Positions 27,302 through 36,733 of a stretch of DNA of 64,000 nucleotides are shown here, in pieces. This DNA is from Terrimicrobiaceae bacterium (GTDB taxonomy: Bacteria; Verrucomicrobiota; Verrucomicrobiia; Chthoniobacterales; Terrimicrobiaceae), in NCBI GenBank assembly GCA_044342325.1, contig JBIIPZ010000002.1, forward strand, positions 64,001 to 128,000, read 5' to 3'. The notes under the pieces were generated by a model. The model worked only from the letters and a program-made list of their open reading frames with translations, was not told the origin of the DNA and ran no database searches. The position numbers and the translations under genes were made by a program. Each line of letters begins with the position of its first letter. Position 1 is the first letter of the stretch.

Positions 27302-28812
27302 CAGCCTTGGCGGCCCGCTGGCATGGTGATGCGCGCGGCTTCGCGGCTCACACGCAGCCACTCCATGAAGAGGAGGTCGCGTTTGTTGCGCAGCACGCTC
27401 TCACGAATCTGTGACTCACGGGCGCCGAAAGCCATTTGATCGATCGGGCCACGGGTTTGAAGTTGAGCAACGAAAGCACCCCAAGGCGCGCCTTCGAGAT
27501 TCGAAACCTCGCCTTCTTTTAGCAAGAGGGTGGAGCCCGCGATGGCCTGATTCTCGGGGGATGTCGATTCGGCTGCGGCTACGACATTTTTGATTTCCTC
27601 GACTTTGAGTTTCTGCGCCGCTGCTGCATCGGCAAACGATTTTCCTCCGGTCACGGCGGCACGAAGGGCGTTTGCGGCGGATGTCGCGTCGGCGGTGAAA
27701 ATTTGCTCGGCCTTCTGCGCGCGGAGTTGGGCTTCGATACGCGGACGGGCCTCGTCGAGGGTGAGGGGACGGGCCGCATTCAAGGCGGTGACTTCGATGA
27801 TATAGAAGGCATCCCCCGACTGGATCACATCGCTCGTGGCGCCGACTTGTGGAAGAAGGAATGAGGCTCGGGCAATGTTGGACATGGTTTCGGCATCGAG
27901 TGTGGAGGATGATTGGGCTGGATTTCCCGAGCGGTCGAACGCGGTGAGTTTGACGATCTTTGCGCCGGCCTTGGCGGCGAGTTGTTCGAGGGATAATCCG
28001 GCTTGCGCCAAGGAATCTGTAATCCCACTGGCGGCGTTCGCGAGCTTCTGCAGGGCGTCGACCTTTTCCTTGCCCTCGAGCTTTGAGTCGGCTGGAAGCG
28101 CGAAAACCACGCAACGCGCTTCGCGTGTCTCATCCGACACGAGCGCGGACTGGTTCTGCTGGTGGATCGCGGCGACTTCCTCTGGCGTGATCTGGATTTT
28201 TTCAGCGTCCTGCTTGCGTTCGAACTTCACAAAGCTGGCTGTGACGGGTTGAAAAGCCCTCGCCATCGTTTGCATCTCGCCTTCGCCGATGGCGGCGGGG
28301 GCTTCCACGATTTTGCTCAGAGCTTCGAGCCGGAGGGAGTCGCGAATCACATCTTCAAGTTGGCGCTCCGTGAATCCACGCGGTGCGAGTTGCTGGCTCA
28401 CGAACTGGCCGTATTTGAGGGGATCGAATTGCCCAGCGGCTTGAAAAATCGGAATCTCTTTGATGCGATTGGCGACCTGATCGTCAGTCGGTTCGATGCC
28501 GAGTTCGCGCGACTCATGCTGGAGAACCAAGAGGTTCCACACAAACTCTGTGAGCGCCCGATCTTGATCCTGAGAGGTTCCCCCGAGTTTTTGCAGAAGC
28601 TCGAACTGCCCGAGTGCGAGCGTGAGTTGGTAGTTTTTAACCTGACGGTCGATCGCAAGGGGCGTGAGGGACTTTCCGTAAATCGTCGGGTTTTTGATCG
28701 TGGCTAGTTCGTCAAGCTGCGTCGTATTATAAAGAAAAATGAATGCGACGATTGTCAAAACGGCCACCACCAGCATTAGGACTCGCTGATTTTTTCTGAG
28801 AATTTGAATCAT
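27301..28812 (-). CDS. SurA N-terminal domain / PpiD-like periplasmic chaperone
   Basis: N-terminal TM, ELGI..TD.QV...I...P.FQ..GQFD...Y, degenerate rotamase region. Confidence 0.8.
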   Translation of the reverse strand: MIQILRKNQRVLMLVVAVLTIVAFIFLYNTTQLDELATIKNPTIYGKSLTPLAIDRQVKNYQLTLALGQFELLQKLGGTSQDQDRALTEFVWNLLVLQHESRELGIEPTDDQVANRIKEIPIFQAAGQFDPLKYGQFVSQQLAPRGFTERQLEDVIRDSLRLEALSKIVEAPAAIGEGEMQTMARAFQPVTASFVKFERKQDAEKIQITPEEVAAIHQQNQSALVSDETREARCVVFALPADSKLEGKEKVDALQKLANAASGITDSLAQAGLSLEQLAAKAGAKIVKLTAFDRSGNPAQSSSTLDAETMSNIARASFLLPQVGATSDVIQSGDAFYIIEVTALNAARPLTLDEARPRIEAQLRAQKAEQIFTADATSAANALRAAVTGGKSFADAAAAQKLKVEEIKNVVAAAESTSPENQAIAGSTLLLKEGEVSNLEGAPWGAFVAQLQTRGPIDQMAFGARESQIRESVLRNKRDLLFMEWLRVSREAARITMPAGRQG

Positions 28813-28867
28813 AAAATTTGATGAAAATATTGATTAACGAGCGGGAAGGTATTAGAGATTCACGCTA

Positions 28868-29608
28868 ATGAAAGCAAGCATCCCCCGTTTCTGGTTCGTG
28901 GCAGCCGCTCTTCTCGTGGCGCCTTTTTCGTTGATGAAGGCTCAGGATGTCATAGTTCAAAAAGATGGTCAGCGGCGCGAAGGCGAGATCACAGGAGTCA
29001 AGGCCGATGCTGTCCGCATCAAGATCGGGCCTGTCGAAACAGCCGTTCAGATGGCGAATGTCCAGTCTGTGGAAAAAGCGGCGCCTGCCGACTTCGACGC
29101 CGCTAATGAACTCTGGCGCGCGGGAAACGCCGCTGGTGCACTGGCCAAGCTCGAGCCGCTCACGCAGAAGTTCAGCGGCCTCCCCACGCCATGGGCCGAG
29201 CGGGCAACCTCCCTGCTCCCCGAGTTGTATATTTCCCAAGGGCGTGCTGCCGACGCGGAGACGGCCTTCAAAAATTTTCAAAAACTCTACCCCGGTTCGG
29301 GATCTTCCTCTGAGCTCCTCCTTGCTCGTCTCGCGATGGCCAGGAAAGATCTTATCACAGCCCGCGCGAAGCTTGCACCGATCGTCGAGGCCGCCAAGCA
29401 AACCAAGTTGCCGGCTGGAACCGACGCCGTGGCTATGAGCCAAGCGCTTTGCCTTATGGCCGAAATTCAGGAAGGCGCCGGTGAAAAATCCGAGGCTCTC
29501 GGAAATTATCTTCTTGTCACAACCATCTTCAAAAACGATCCATCTTCCGCCACTCGCGCCGCAACCCGCGCCGAGGCCCTCGAAAAAGAAAAAGTCATCG
29601 TTCCCTGA
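28868..29608 (+). CDS. Exported TPR-like protein upstream of exbB/exbD
   Basis: Signal peptide; helical TPR-like repeats; EALGNYLLV...F. Confidence 0.7.
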   Translation: MKASIPRFWFVAAALLVAPFSLMKAQDVIVQKDGQRREGEITGVKADAVRIKIGPVETAVQMANVQSVEKAAPADFDAANELWRAGNAAGALAKLEPLTQKFSGLPTPWAERATSLLPELYISQGRAADAETAFKNFQKLYPGSGSSSELLLARLAMARKDLITARAKLAPIVEAAKQTKLPAGTDAVAMSQALCLMAEIQEGAGEKSEALGNYLLVTTIFKNDPSSATRAATRAEALEKEKVIVP

Positions 29609-29631
29609 TTTTCCCAACTCCGCCTAAAACC

Positions 29632-30534
29632 ATGCAAAAAACAAACTCAGTCATCCATCGCATCCTCCCGCTCTTCCTCCTGCTGGCAACCGGCTCCTTG
29701 ACTCACGCCGCGGACAAGCCGCCAGATCAGATGAGCATCATCGAGATGATTCTCCACGGCGGTCCGCTGATCGTGGGAATCTGGTTGTGTATTGTAGGCA
29801 CATCGATGGTTCTTTTCACTTATTGCATTCAGCTCTTCATGACCCTGCGTGCCGAGAACCTCGCGCCAAAGGCCTTGATGGAATCTTTGAAATCCACCAT
29901 TGATGCTGGTAATTACCAAGAGGCTTGGGAAACATGCAAAGCAAACAAGGCTTATGTGGCCAAAGTCCTCCAAGGCACGCTCGAGCGTTTGGGACGAGGT
30001 CAAGATGCGGTTCAAGCAGGATTGATTGAATACGGACTACGCCAATCCCAGCCGATCAAAACAAAAATCAGCTATGTTTCGGTTATCGGAGTTATCGCTC
30101 CCATGATCGGGTTGTTGGGAACGGTTATCGGAATGATGGGCGCGTTCGCGGTCCTCGGTCAGTCTGGCGTGGCCGATCCGCGCGGTCTTGCTCTCCGAAT
30201 CGGTGAAGTGCTCATGGCGACGGCTGCTGGTCTCTTCATCGCTATTCCCGCGTTTATTTTCTATTACTACTTCCGAAATCTCTCCACCATCCGGATCGGT
30301 CTTTCGGATGACAAACTCCTTCATCTCATGTTGGATGTGCCTTACGAGGAGTTGCACGGGATCATCATTGGTGAAGGCGCGGACGGATCCTTCACGCCTC
30401 ACGCTGCTGCTTCTGGCACCTCGCAAAATATCGCGGCAGCCGCCGAGGCGAATTGCCCGGTTTGTAACGGTGCTATCTCTGTTGGAGAAACCCCTTGCCC
30501 TCATTGCGGATCGCCTATTGATTGGGGAACATAA
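29632..30534 (+). CDS. MotA/TolQ/ExbB proton channel protein with C-terminal zinc ribbon
   Basis: APMIGLLGTVIGM, ATAAGL.IAIP; C-terminal CPVC...CPHC. Confidence 0.92.
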   Translation: MQKTNSVIHRILPLFLLLATGSLTHAADKPPDQMSIIEMILHGGPLIVGIWLCIVGTSMVLFTYCIQLFMTLRAENLAPKALMESLKSTIDAGNYQEAWETCKANKAYVAKVLQGTLERLGRGQDAVQAGLIEYGLRQSQPIKTKISYVSVIGVIAPMIGLLGTVIGMMGAFAVLGQSGVADPRGLALRIGEVLMATAAGLFIAIPAFIFYYYFRNLSTIRIGLSDDKLLHLMLDVPYEELHGIIIGEGADGSFTPHAAASGTSQNIAAAAEANCPVCNGAISVGETPCPHCGSPIDWGT

Positions 30535-30544
30535 TCTCTAAAAA

Positions 30545-31030
30545 ATGTCTGACGCAGCCAATCCCCGCGGAAAGAAAAAACTCGTCCGCAAGCCAGAACA
30601 CGAGCCCGATCCGGAGTTCCAGATCGCTCCCATGATTGATATTCTTCTGGTCTTGCTCGTGTTCTTCATGTCCATCAGCTCGACGGAAGTGCTGCAGTCA
30701 AACAAGGAAATCAACCTCCCCATTGCCAAAGAGGCCAAGGAGGCCAAGGACAATCCCGGTCAGGTTATCATCAATGTGACCTACACAGCCATGAATGGCA
30801 TGACAGCCATCGAGGTGGACCAAAAAGATTATGCCATGCCGGCTGAAATCGTTCCCATTCTTCAAAACAAAGTCAGTTCTAATCCACTCATCCGCGTTCT
30901 CATCCGTGCCGACCGGGAAGTCCGTTATGACTATGTTCGCAAGATTCTTGAGGCCGTTGGACAATCCGGCGTGGGCAATGTAACTTTCTCGGTCGTGGAC
31001 AAAGACGCCACCCCGCCAGCAGCATCCTAA
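30545..31030 (+). CDS. ExbD/TolR family protein
   Basis: IAPMIDILLVLLVFFM, LP.A, IRADR.V.Y. Confidence 0.92.
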   Translation: MSDAANPRGKKKLVRKPEHEPDPEFQIAPMIDILLVLLVFFMSISSTEVLQSNKEINLPIAKEAKEAKDNPGQVIINVTYTAMNGMTAIEVDQKDYAMPAEIVPILQNKVSSNPLIRVLIRADREVRYDYVRKILEAVGQSGVGNVTFSVVDKDATPPAAS

Positions 31031-31098
31031 AAAATCCCCATATTCTAAACGACATGCAAAACATCTACAATTTTTCAACCGGAGGGCTACGCTAAGCC

Positions 31099-31521
31099 AT
31101 GGGTGGAGGTGGTGTATCCGAAGATGGAGATCCGGGCTTCCAAATCGCCCCGATGGTCGATGTGGTATTCGTGCTGTTGCTGTTCTTCATGGCGTCAGCG
31201 GGATCTCAAGTTATTGAAAAAGAGTTAAATATCAGTCTTCCTAGCGGGCGCTCCGCCGGTGCAGCCGGAGGCGTGCCATCGACGCCGATCATTATCGACA
31301 TCCTGCCTGACGGAAAAGTCCAGATGAACAACAAAATCTATGATTCTCCGCAGAGCCGGGAACTCCCCGAGCTTAGGAATTGGCTCAAAGAGACGATAGC
31401 CAAGTTTGGTGACAAGGATCCCGTGATTCTCCGGCCCGATCCTATGACGACGCACGAGCGCGTCATGGATGTGCTTAACGCGGCATCGGCATCCGGCGTT
31501 ACCAAACTCTCGTTCAGCTGA
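31099..31521 (+). CDS. ExbD/TolR family protein (second copy)
   Basis: IAPMVDVVFVLLLFFM, VILRPD, V.DVLNA. Confidence 0.92.
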   Translation: MGGGGVSEDGDPGFQIAPMVDVVFVLLLFFMASAGSQVIEKELNISLPSGRSAGAAGGVPSTPIIIDILPDGKVQMNNKIYDSPQSRELPELRNWLKETIAKFGDKDPVILRPDPMTTHERVMDVLNAASASGVTKLSFS

Positions 31522-31530
31522 CGCTCGGCC

Positions 31531-32889
31531 GTGCGCGGCGCAAGGCATTCTTCGAACTCTCGCCGAAGAGTGCTTATCATCTTGTTTTTTTGTGCACTGC
31601 TCGCAGGTGCTGTGGTGTTCCTTTCCATCCAGATCGGACGCTTCGTCCACAGTCCGGATTTTTCCCACTTCATAGCCTCCCGCGCCGGAGCGGCATTGAA
31701 AGCGGAGGCCACGCTCCAACCCCTGCGATGGGATGGAGATTCCGCGCTCAGTGAGAGTTTGATGCTCATCGGCCGCGAGTCGGCTGCGTTGGATCGATTG
31801 GAAGCCAAAGGTCTGCGTGCCGAATGGAACTGGCGCGCCCTGCTCGCGGGGGCTTGGAAAATCGAAAATATCGAGATTCAGGCCCTCTTGGCCGCATTCA
31901 AATTGGAAACCGGAGCCGCACCGGACGACGCACCTCGCGACGATTCCAAGAAACCGGCGGCCCCTTCGTTTCTGGCCTCGTGGCTTCCCTCCCGCTTCGA
32001 ACTCGGGGGCTTTGATGTGCGGAAGGCCGATCTGCGTTTCGGGGATATTCAAAGCACCGGCCAAGCTCTCACAGTGCGGCCTGTTGCTGGGGGATACAAC
32101 ATCGAGGCGAGGGGAGGTTCTCTATCCATTCCTGGGCTGCCCCCTCTCTCGCACGCGCAGAGTCGCATCCGCGAGCGTGAAGGTATCTACTACCTCGACG
32201 ATTCCCGCTTTTTTCTTCCGAGTGGCGGATCGGTTGTGGCGTCAGGAAATTCCGGCACGAAAGCGCGGTTGACGCTCGTCTGGGACGGCGTGCCAGTCGC
32301 AGCGCTGCCTGTTTCCGATCTGGCAAAATACCTCGACGGCACAAGCCATGGGCAGGCCACACGCGACGCTCAAGGCGTCTGGCGCGGCAACATCGCCTTC
32401 ACCGGAGCCCGTCTCCGCGACCTCCCTTTGCTAAAAAATGCAGCCTCCTTTCTTCGCGATTCGTCTTGGACCAATCCTTCGCTCCAAAAACTCAGCGCCG
32501 ACTTTGAATGGTCTCTGGGAAACCTCACGCTCACAAATCTCGTTGTAGAGTCCGCAGGAGTCGCCCGTATCGAGGGCAGCATGCGCATCGCCAAAGGGGG
32601 TGATCTCTCCGGACAACTCGAACTGGGCCTCGATCTCAACACGCTGAAACTGCTCCCAGGCGCGCGGGAAACCATCTTCGCCACCTCGCGCAATGGTTGG
32701 TATTGGTCTCCCGTTCAGATCGGAGGCACCTTGTCCGCCCCAAAAGATGACCTCTCCCCCCGACTCACTGCATGCGTCGCCGGAGCCGTCCTGATCAACC
32801 ATGGCACCCAAACCCTCGACGCCGTCCCCGCGAAAGCCATCGACACTGCCAAAGATCTCATCAACATCTTCGCCCCCCTCATCCCGTGA
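31531..32889 (+). CDS. Membrane-anchored beta-rich protein, AsmA-like
   Basis: N-terminal TM, beta-strand-rich body, C-terminal P.QIGGTLSAPKDDL. Confidence 0.6.
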   Translation: MRGARHSSNSRRRVLIILFFCALLAGAVVFLSIQIGRFVHSPDFSHFIASRAGAALKAEATLQPLRWDGDSALSESLMLIGRESAALDRLEAKGLRAEWNWRALLAGAWKIENIEIQALLAAFKLETGAAPDDAPRDDSKKPAAPSFLASWLPSRFELGGFDVRKADLRFGDIQSTGQALTVRPVAGGYNIEARGGSLSIPGLPPLSHAQSRIREREGIYYLDDSRFFLPSGGSVVASGNSGTKARLTLVWDGVPVAALPVSDLAKYLDGTSHGQATRDAQGVWRGNIAFTGARLRDLPLLKNAASFLRDSSWTNPSLQKLSADFEWSLGNLTLTNLVVESAGVARIEGSMRIAKGGDLSGQLELGLDLNTLKLLPGARETIFATSRNGWYWSPVQIGGTLSAPKDDLSPRLTACVAGAVLINHGTQTLDAVPAKAIDTAKDLINIFAPLIP

Positions 32890-32993
32890 AGCCCAATAAT
32901 CCTGCATATTTCATGTCTCGTTTCGGCGCCCTCGAAAACGTTGGGCTTTCTACCATTCAGCGAATTTTCGCATTCTATCCAGACCTCTGACCT

Positions 32994-33806
32994 ATGAAAA
33001 ATCCACCCGTTGTCCTTACGATTGCCGGATCTGATAATTCCTGCGGGGCAGGTGCCCAGGCGGATCTGAAGGCTATCACGGCCCTTGGGGGATATGCGCA
33101 AACGGCTATCACCTGCGTTGTGGCGGAGGTTCCCGGCAGGGTGGAGGCGATTCAGCCTGTGCGTCCGGATATTGTTGCGGCGCAGATACGGTTGAGTTTT
33201 GAAGCGTTTCCCGTGGCTGCGGTGAAGACTGGCATGTTGTTTTCCACGCCGATCATCCGAGCGGTGGCGTCCGCTTTGGGGTCTTGCAAAAAGATTCCGC
33301 CTCTTGTTGTTGATCCCGTCATGGTCGCATCGAGTGGCGATCCCTTGCTGAAGGCCTCGGCTGTGAAAGCCTACCGGGATTTGATTTTTCCTCTGGCGAC
33401 TTTGGTGACTCCGAATCTCGACGAGTTGCGGATTCTCTCGGGCATGCCGTGCCGCGATCTCGATGAAATGAAGGCTGCAGGGGAGATGCTCGTCGCCCGG
33501 CATGGTTGTGCGTTTTTGCTCAAGGGCGGCCATCTTCGAGAGAAGATGGCGACGGATATCCTGGCGACGCAGGATGGGTTTGAGGCACTTGAAGCGCCGT
33601 TCCGCCGGAAAATCGATGCCCATGGCACGGGTTGCACCTTCTCGGCAGCGATTGCGACTTTTCTCTCAGCGGGATTGTCTCTCTCCGAATCTGTGGGCCA
33701 TGCAAAAAAATACATCACGCGGGCGATTGAAGAGCATTTGCGCTGGAAGCAAGCGACCGCGCTGGAGCACCGCACGCAGAGGGTTTACCTGCCCGGCATG
33801 GATTGA
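32994..33806 (+). CDS. thiD: Hydroxymethylpyrimidine/phosphomethylpyrimidine kinase
   Basis: LTIAGSD...GAG.QADLK, KTGML, DPVM, TPNL.E, LKGGH, HGTGCT. Confidence 0.95.
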   Translation: MKNPPVVLTIAGSDNSCGAGAQADLKAITALGGYAQTAITCVVAEVPGRVEAIQPVRPDIVAAQIRLSFEAFPVAAVKTGMLFSTPIIRAVASALGSCKKIPPLVVDPVMVASSGDPLLKASAVKAYRDLIFPLATLVTPNLDELRILSGMPCRDLDEMKAAGEMLVARHGCAFLLKGGHLREKMATDILATQDGFEALEAPFRRKIDAHGTGCTFSAAIATFLSAGLSLSESVGHAKKYITRAIEEHLRWKQATALEHRTQRVYLPGMD

Positions 33807-34948
33807 AGCACGATGCCTTTGAGGTATTCGGTTTCCGGTAGCCCCAGCACGACGGGGTGGTCGAGCGGTTGGCCGATGCGACGGATGAGCCTCATGTTTC
33901 GCTTCGCATCATGAAGTCCCTCCGCGATTGCTCCCTCAAACTCATGGGACGCGACATGGTGCGAGCAGGAGAAGGAGACGAGTATTCCGTTTTTTGAAAG
34001 CAGTGTTGCTGCCCGTGCGTGGAGGTCGCGGTAGCCGCGTAGGGCCTCGGCGATTTTGCCCCGCGCTTTGGTGAAGGAGGGCGGGTCGAGGATGATGAGA
34101 TCGTATTCGGGTTTGTCGGGACGGCGGAGGAAGTCGAAGACATCAGCCTGTCGGGCTTCGACAGGGAGCCCATTGCGTGCTGCATTGTCGCGGAGGCGCG
34201 CTGAACTTTCCGTGCCGGATTCCACGGCGGTGACATGGGTTGCTCCCGCCTTGGCGCAGGCGAGAGCGAAGCCGCCTTGGTTGGAAAAGCAATCCAGCAC
34301 GGTCAGGCCGTGCGAGAGTCCGGCGACAATGCCGTAGGATTCAACTTGGTCCAAGTAGAGACCAGTTTTGTGGCCGCCGAGGGGATCGACAAGGAATCTC
34401 ACGCATGAGGTCTCAACTTCCACCTCGCCGGGATTTTGTCCTGCCAGAACTCCCGTGACGGGCGGCAACCCTTCTGCGGTGCGAACCGGAGCGTCATTTC
34501 GCTCGATCACACACGCAGTGCCGGTCTTCTCCATTAGGATGGCGGCGATGGTTTCCTTGTGCCGATCCATGCCGGCAGTGAGTGTTTGGAGAACCACCAC
34601 ATTTCCATACCGGTCGGCAATGACGCCGGGGAGTCCATCGCTTTCGCTCCAGATCAGGCGCCCCAAATCGCTCCGGCAGCCCATGCGCTGGCGGTAATCA
34701 AGGGCCTGCTCGATGCGGCGGCTAAAAAAATCCGCGTCCAGATCCTGCCTCCGCCGCGAGAAGCGCCTCACGACGATTTGCGAGCGGGAGTTGTAAATGC
34801 CAACGCCGAGAAGGTGGTCACGGCCGTCCTTGATGGAAACGACATCTCCATCCGCTGGTGCGCCGAAGGATTTTTGAATCTCGCTGGCATAGACCCAGTC
34901 ATGCCCATGCAAAATTCGCGAGCGCGGACGAACGATCACGCCGCTCAT
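33785..34948 (-). CDS. rlmI: Class I SAM-dependent rRNA methyltransferase, RlmI family
   Basis: PUA-like GH.WVY, ESDGLPG..ADRY, GHKTG.YLDQ, ILDPPSF, FSCS, YLKG. Confidence 0.85.
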   Translation of the reverse strand: MSGVIVRPRSRILHGHDWVYASEIQKSFGAPADGDVVSIKDGRDHLLGVGIYNSRSQIVVRRFSRRRQDLDADFFSRRIEQALDYRQRMGCRSDLGRLIWSESDGLPGVIADRYGNVVVLQTLTAGMDRHKETIAAILMEKTGTACVIERNDAPVRTAEGLPPVTGVLAGQNPGEVEVETSCVRFLVDPLGGHKTGLYLDQVESYGIVAGLSHGLTVLDCFSNQGGFALACAKAGATHVTAVESGTESSARLRDNAARNGLPVEARQADVFDFLRRPDKPEYDLIILDPPSFTKARGKIAEALRGYRDLHARAATLLSKNGILVSFSCSHHVASHEFEGAIAEGLHDAKRNMRLIRRIGQPLDHPVVLGLPETEYLKGIVLQSMPGR

Positions 34949-35412
34949 GAGTTGGCCTCCTCTTTGCTCAAAAATTCCCACTTCGAAAAGGTCGCGGCTT
35001 GTCCGGCATAGTTGCCGAGGGCATCGGTGACATTCCACACCGTGGCTTGGCCGATTCGAAACCGGCGGCCTTTGCTCGAGATTCGAATGCCCGAGTAGTC
35101 GTCGATAAATCCCCGCTCCCTGACGCGCCGCAGGAATTCCGCGCGCTCGTCGCGGTGCATCGGTTCAGCGGTGAGTCGCGATGGCGTGCGTGTGAGCCTG
35201 TCCCAATCCATTTCCCAAAGATCCATTGCCGTCTTGTTGCCGTAGTTCAAAATCTGATCGCCCTCCGCTCCGTATGAGACCACTGCGAAAGTCGCTTCGA
35301 AAAGCATCCGCGCCTCATCGCGGGAATCTCCGCAGGGTTCGATCAAGTGACCTCCAGTCAACAGATGGTAGGTGCGCAGCAGTTCCGCGCCGTGAGTTTC
35401 TATAAAATCCAT
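34945..35412 (-). CDS. MEKHLA domain protein
   Basis: LNYGN..A..LWE, PSRLTAEP, GFIDDYSGIRISSKGRRF, VWN, GQAATF. Confidence 0.9.
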   Translation of the reverse strand: MDFIETHGAELLRTYHLLTGGHLIEPCGDSRDEARMLFEATFAVVSYGAEGDQILNYGNKTAMDLWEMDWDRLTRTPSRLTAEPMHRDERAEFLRRVRERGFIDDYSGIRISSKGRRFRIGQATVWNVTDALGNYAGQAATFSKWEFLSKEEANS

Positions 35413-35494
35413 CGCGTGAGGCTATCCGCTTCGAGCTTCTCTGACGACGGATTTTCCGATGCGAGACTTGTCTCGGCGCAGGCGATGCGTTCAG

Positions 35495-35896
35495 ATGCCC
35501 ACCATGAAAAAACAACTCCGCGATGTTCCCGGTGGTCCGCCGGCCCTTGGTCCCTACTCGCTTGGCGTGGTGGCCGAGGGGAAATTCGTCTTCGTCTCGG
35601 GCATGACGCCATGGGATCCCTCGACAGGAAAAATCGAGCGCGGATCGATCGCCCGCCAGACCGAACTTGTCCTCGAGAATATCCACAAGGTGCTCGTCGC
35701 CGCCGGGGCAGGATTTGAAAATGTTGTCAGCACTCGGGTCTATCTCTCCAACCTTTCGAAGGAAAATTTCCAAGAGATGAATGCGGTCTATGCCCGTTAC
35801 TTCGGGGAGTCCGCGCCAGCCCGCGCCACGATCGGCGCACAACTTCCGGGTGACTTCGATGTCGAAATCGAGTGCGTGGCAAATCTTTTGGGTTGA
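35495..35896 (+). CDS. RidA/YjgF/UK114 family enamine deaminase
   Basis: GPYS, FVSG, VYL, MNAVY..YF...PARA, VEIEC. Confidence 0.92.
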   Translation: MPTMKKQLRDVPGGPPALGPYSLGVVAEGKFVFVSGMTPWDPSTGKIERGSIARQTELVLENIHKVLVAAGAGFENVVSTRVYLSNLSKENFQEMNAVYARYFGESAPARATIGAQLPGDFDVEIECVANLLG

Positions 35897-35920
35897 CGCC
35901 TTGATTTTCGCCCGTAGCAT
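35893..35920 (+). promoter_or_regulatory. Putative sigma70 promoter of rpmH operon
   Basis: TTGACG-N16-TAGCAT, 21 nt before the rpmH ATG. Confidence 0.55.
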
Positions 35921-35941
35921 CTCACCTCCAATTTTGAGATT

Positions 35942-36115
35942 ATGAAACGCACTTACCAGCCTTCCAAGCGCACGCGCAAGCAGCAGTTCGGTTTCCGCGC
36001 CCGTATGAAGACCAAATCCGGTCGGGCCATCCTGAACCGCCGCCGCCGCCATGGCCGCAAACGCCTGCTTCCAAAAGGTGTCGAGGTTCACTTCGCAAGA
36101 CACACCGAAGCCTGA
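35942..36115 (+). CDS. rpmH: 50S ribosomal protein L34 (57 aa, C-terminally extended; absent from the ORF track)
   Basis: Manual translation: [57 protein letters not shown]. Confidence 0.96.
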   Translation: MKRTYQPSKRTRKQQFGFRARMKTKSGRAILNRRRRHGRKRLLPKGVEVHFARHTEA

Positions 36116-36479
36116 TCCAGTCGGCCAGCGTTTTCCTAAAACCGCCCGGCTCCGTCAGACCAGGGATTTCACACGGGTTCGCGAGCACGGGAAATCATCC
36201 CAAGCCCGCCTCATTCGCATCGGTCTCCTCCGCACCGGGGGAGACGACTCTGCGAAAGTGGGCATCATCACTTCCCGCCGCGTCGGTGGTGCGGTCGCTC
36301 GCAATAAGGTGCGCCGCCGTCTGCGGGAAATCCTCAAGTCCTGTATCACCCAAATCCCGGCCGGATTTCTCGTGGTGATAGTTGCCAAGTCGGCCGCTGC
36401 CGAGGCGTCCTTCGAACAATTAAAAGCGGAATGGTTGCTTCTTGCGCGCCGACTTTCTATTTTGCCGCCTCTCGAATGA
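36051..36479 (+). CDS. rnpA: Ribonuclease P protein component (start ATG 36051 or GTG 36078, both inside rpmH)
   Basis: FPKTARL...[25 protein letters not shown] (RNR motif). Confidence 0.92.
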   Translation: MAANACFQKVSRFTSQDTPKPDPVGQRFPKTARLRQTRDFTRVREHGKSSQARLIRIGLLRTGGDDSAKVGIITSRRVGGAVARNKVRRRLREILKSCITQIPAGFLVVIVAKSAAAEASFEQLKAEWLLLARRLSILPPLE

Positions 36480-36733
36480 AACACCTGCTCATCGCTCTGA
36501 TCCGCTGCTACCAGCTTGCGGTCTCTCCGTTTCTGCAGGTGATCTGCGGTCCGGGTTGCGGTTGCCGTTTCGATCCCTCCTGTTCCCGGTATTTCATTTC
36601 AGCCCTCCAGAATCACGGAACCCTTCGTGGCACGCTTCTCGGCCTTCGTCGAATCGCGCGCTGCCACCCTTGGGGCGGTTGTGGTTATGACCCCGTGCCG
36701 CCAGCATTCAAACCTCTCTCACCTATAAATTAA
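36476..36733 (+). CDS. yidD: Membrane protein insertion efficiency factor
   Basis: [30 protein letters not shown]. Confidence 0.94.
   Translation: MKHLLIALIRCYQLAVSPFLQVICGPGCGCRFDPSCSRYFISALQNHGTLRGTLLGLRRIARCHPWGGCGYDPVPPAFKPLSPIN

Noticed and set aside
25631..27439. 602-aa plus-strand ORF (likewise 17163-18953, 54428-55516 and other long antisense ORFs)
   Set aside because: Antisense shadows of metG, glnD, lhgO and others in GC-rich DNA; no recognisable motifs
32890..32993. TPP riboswitch upstream of thiD
   Set aside because: No CUGAGA core or other TPP aptamer features
35897..35941. oriC next to rpmH
   Set aside because: No dnaA, no DnaA-box cluster and only 45 bp of intergenic space; the single near-box at about 45056 is isolated
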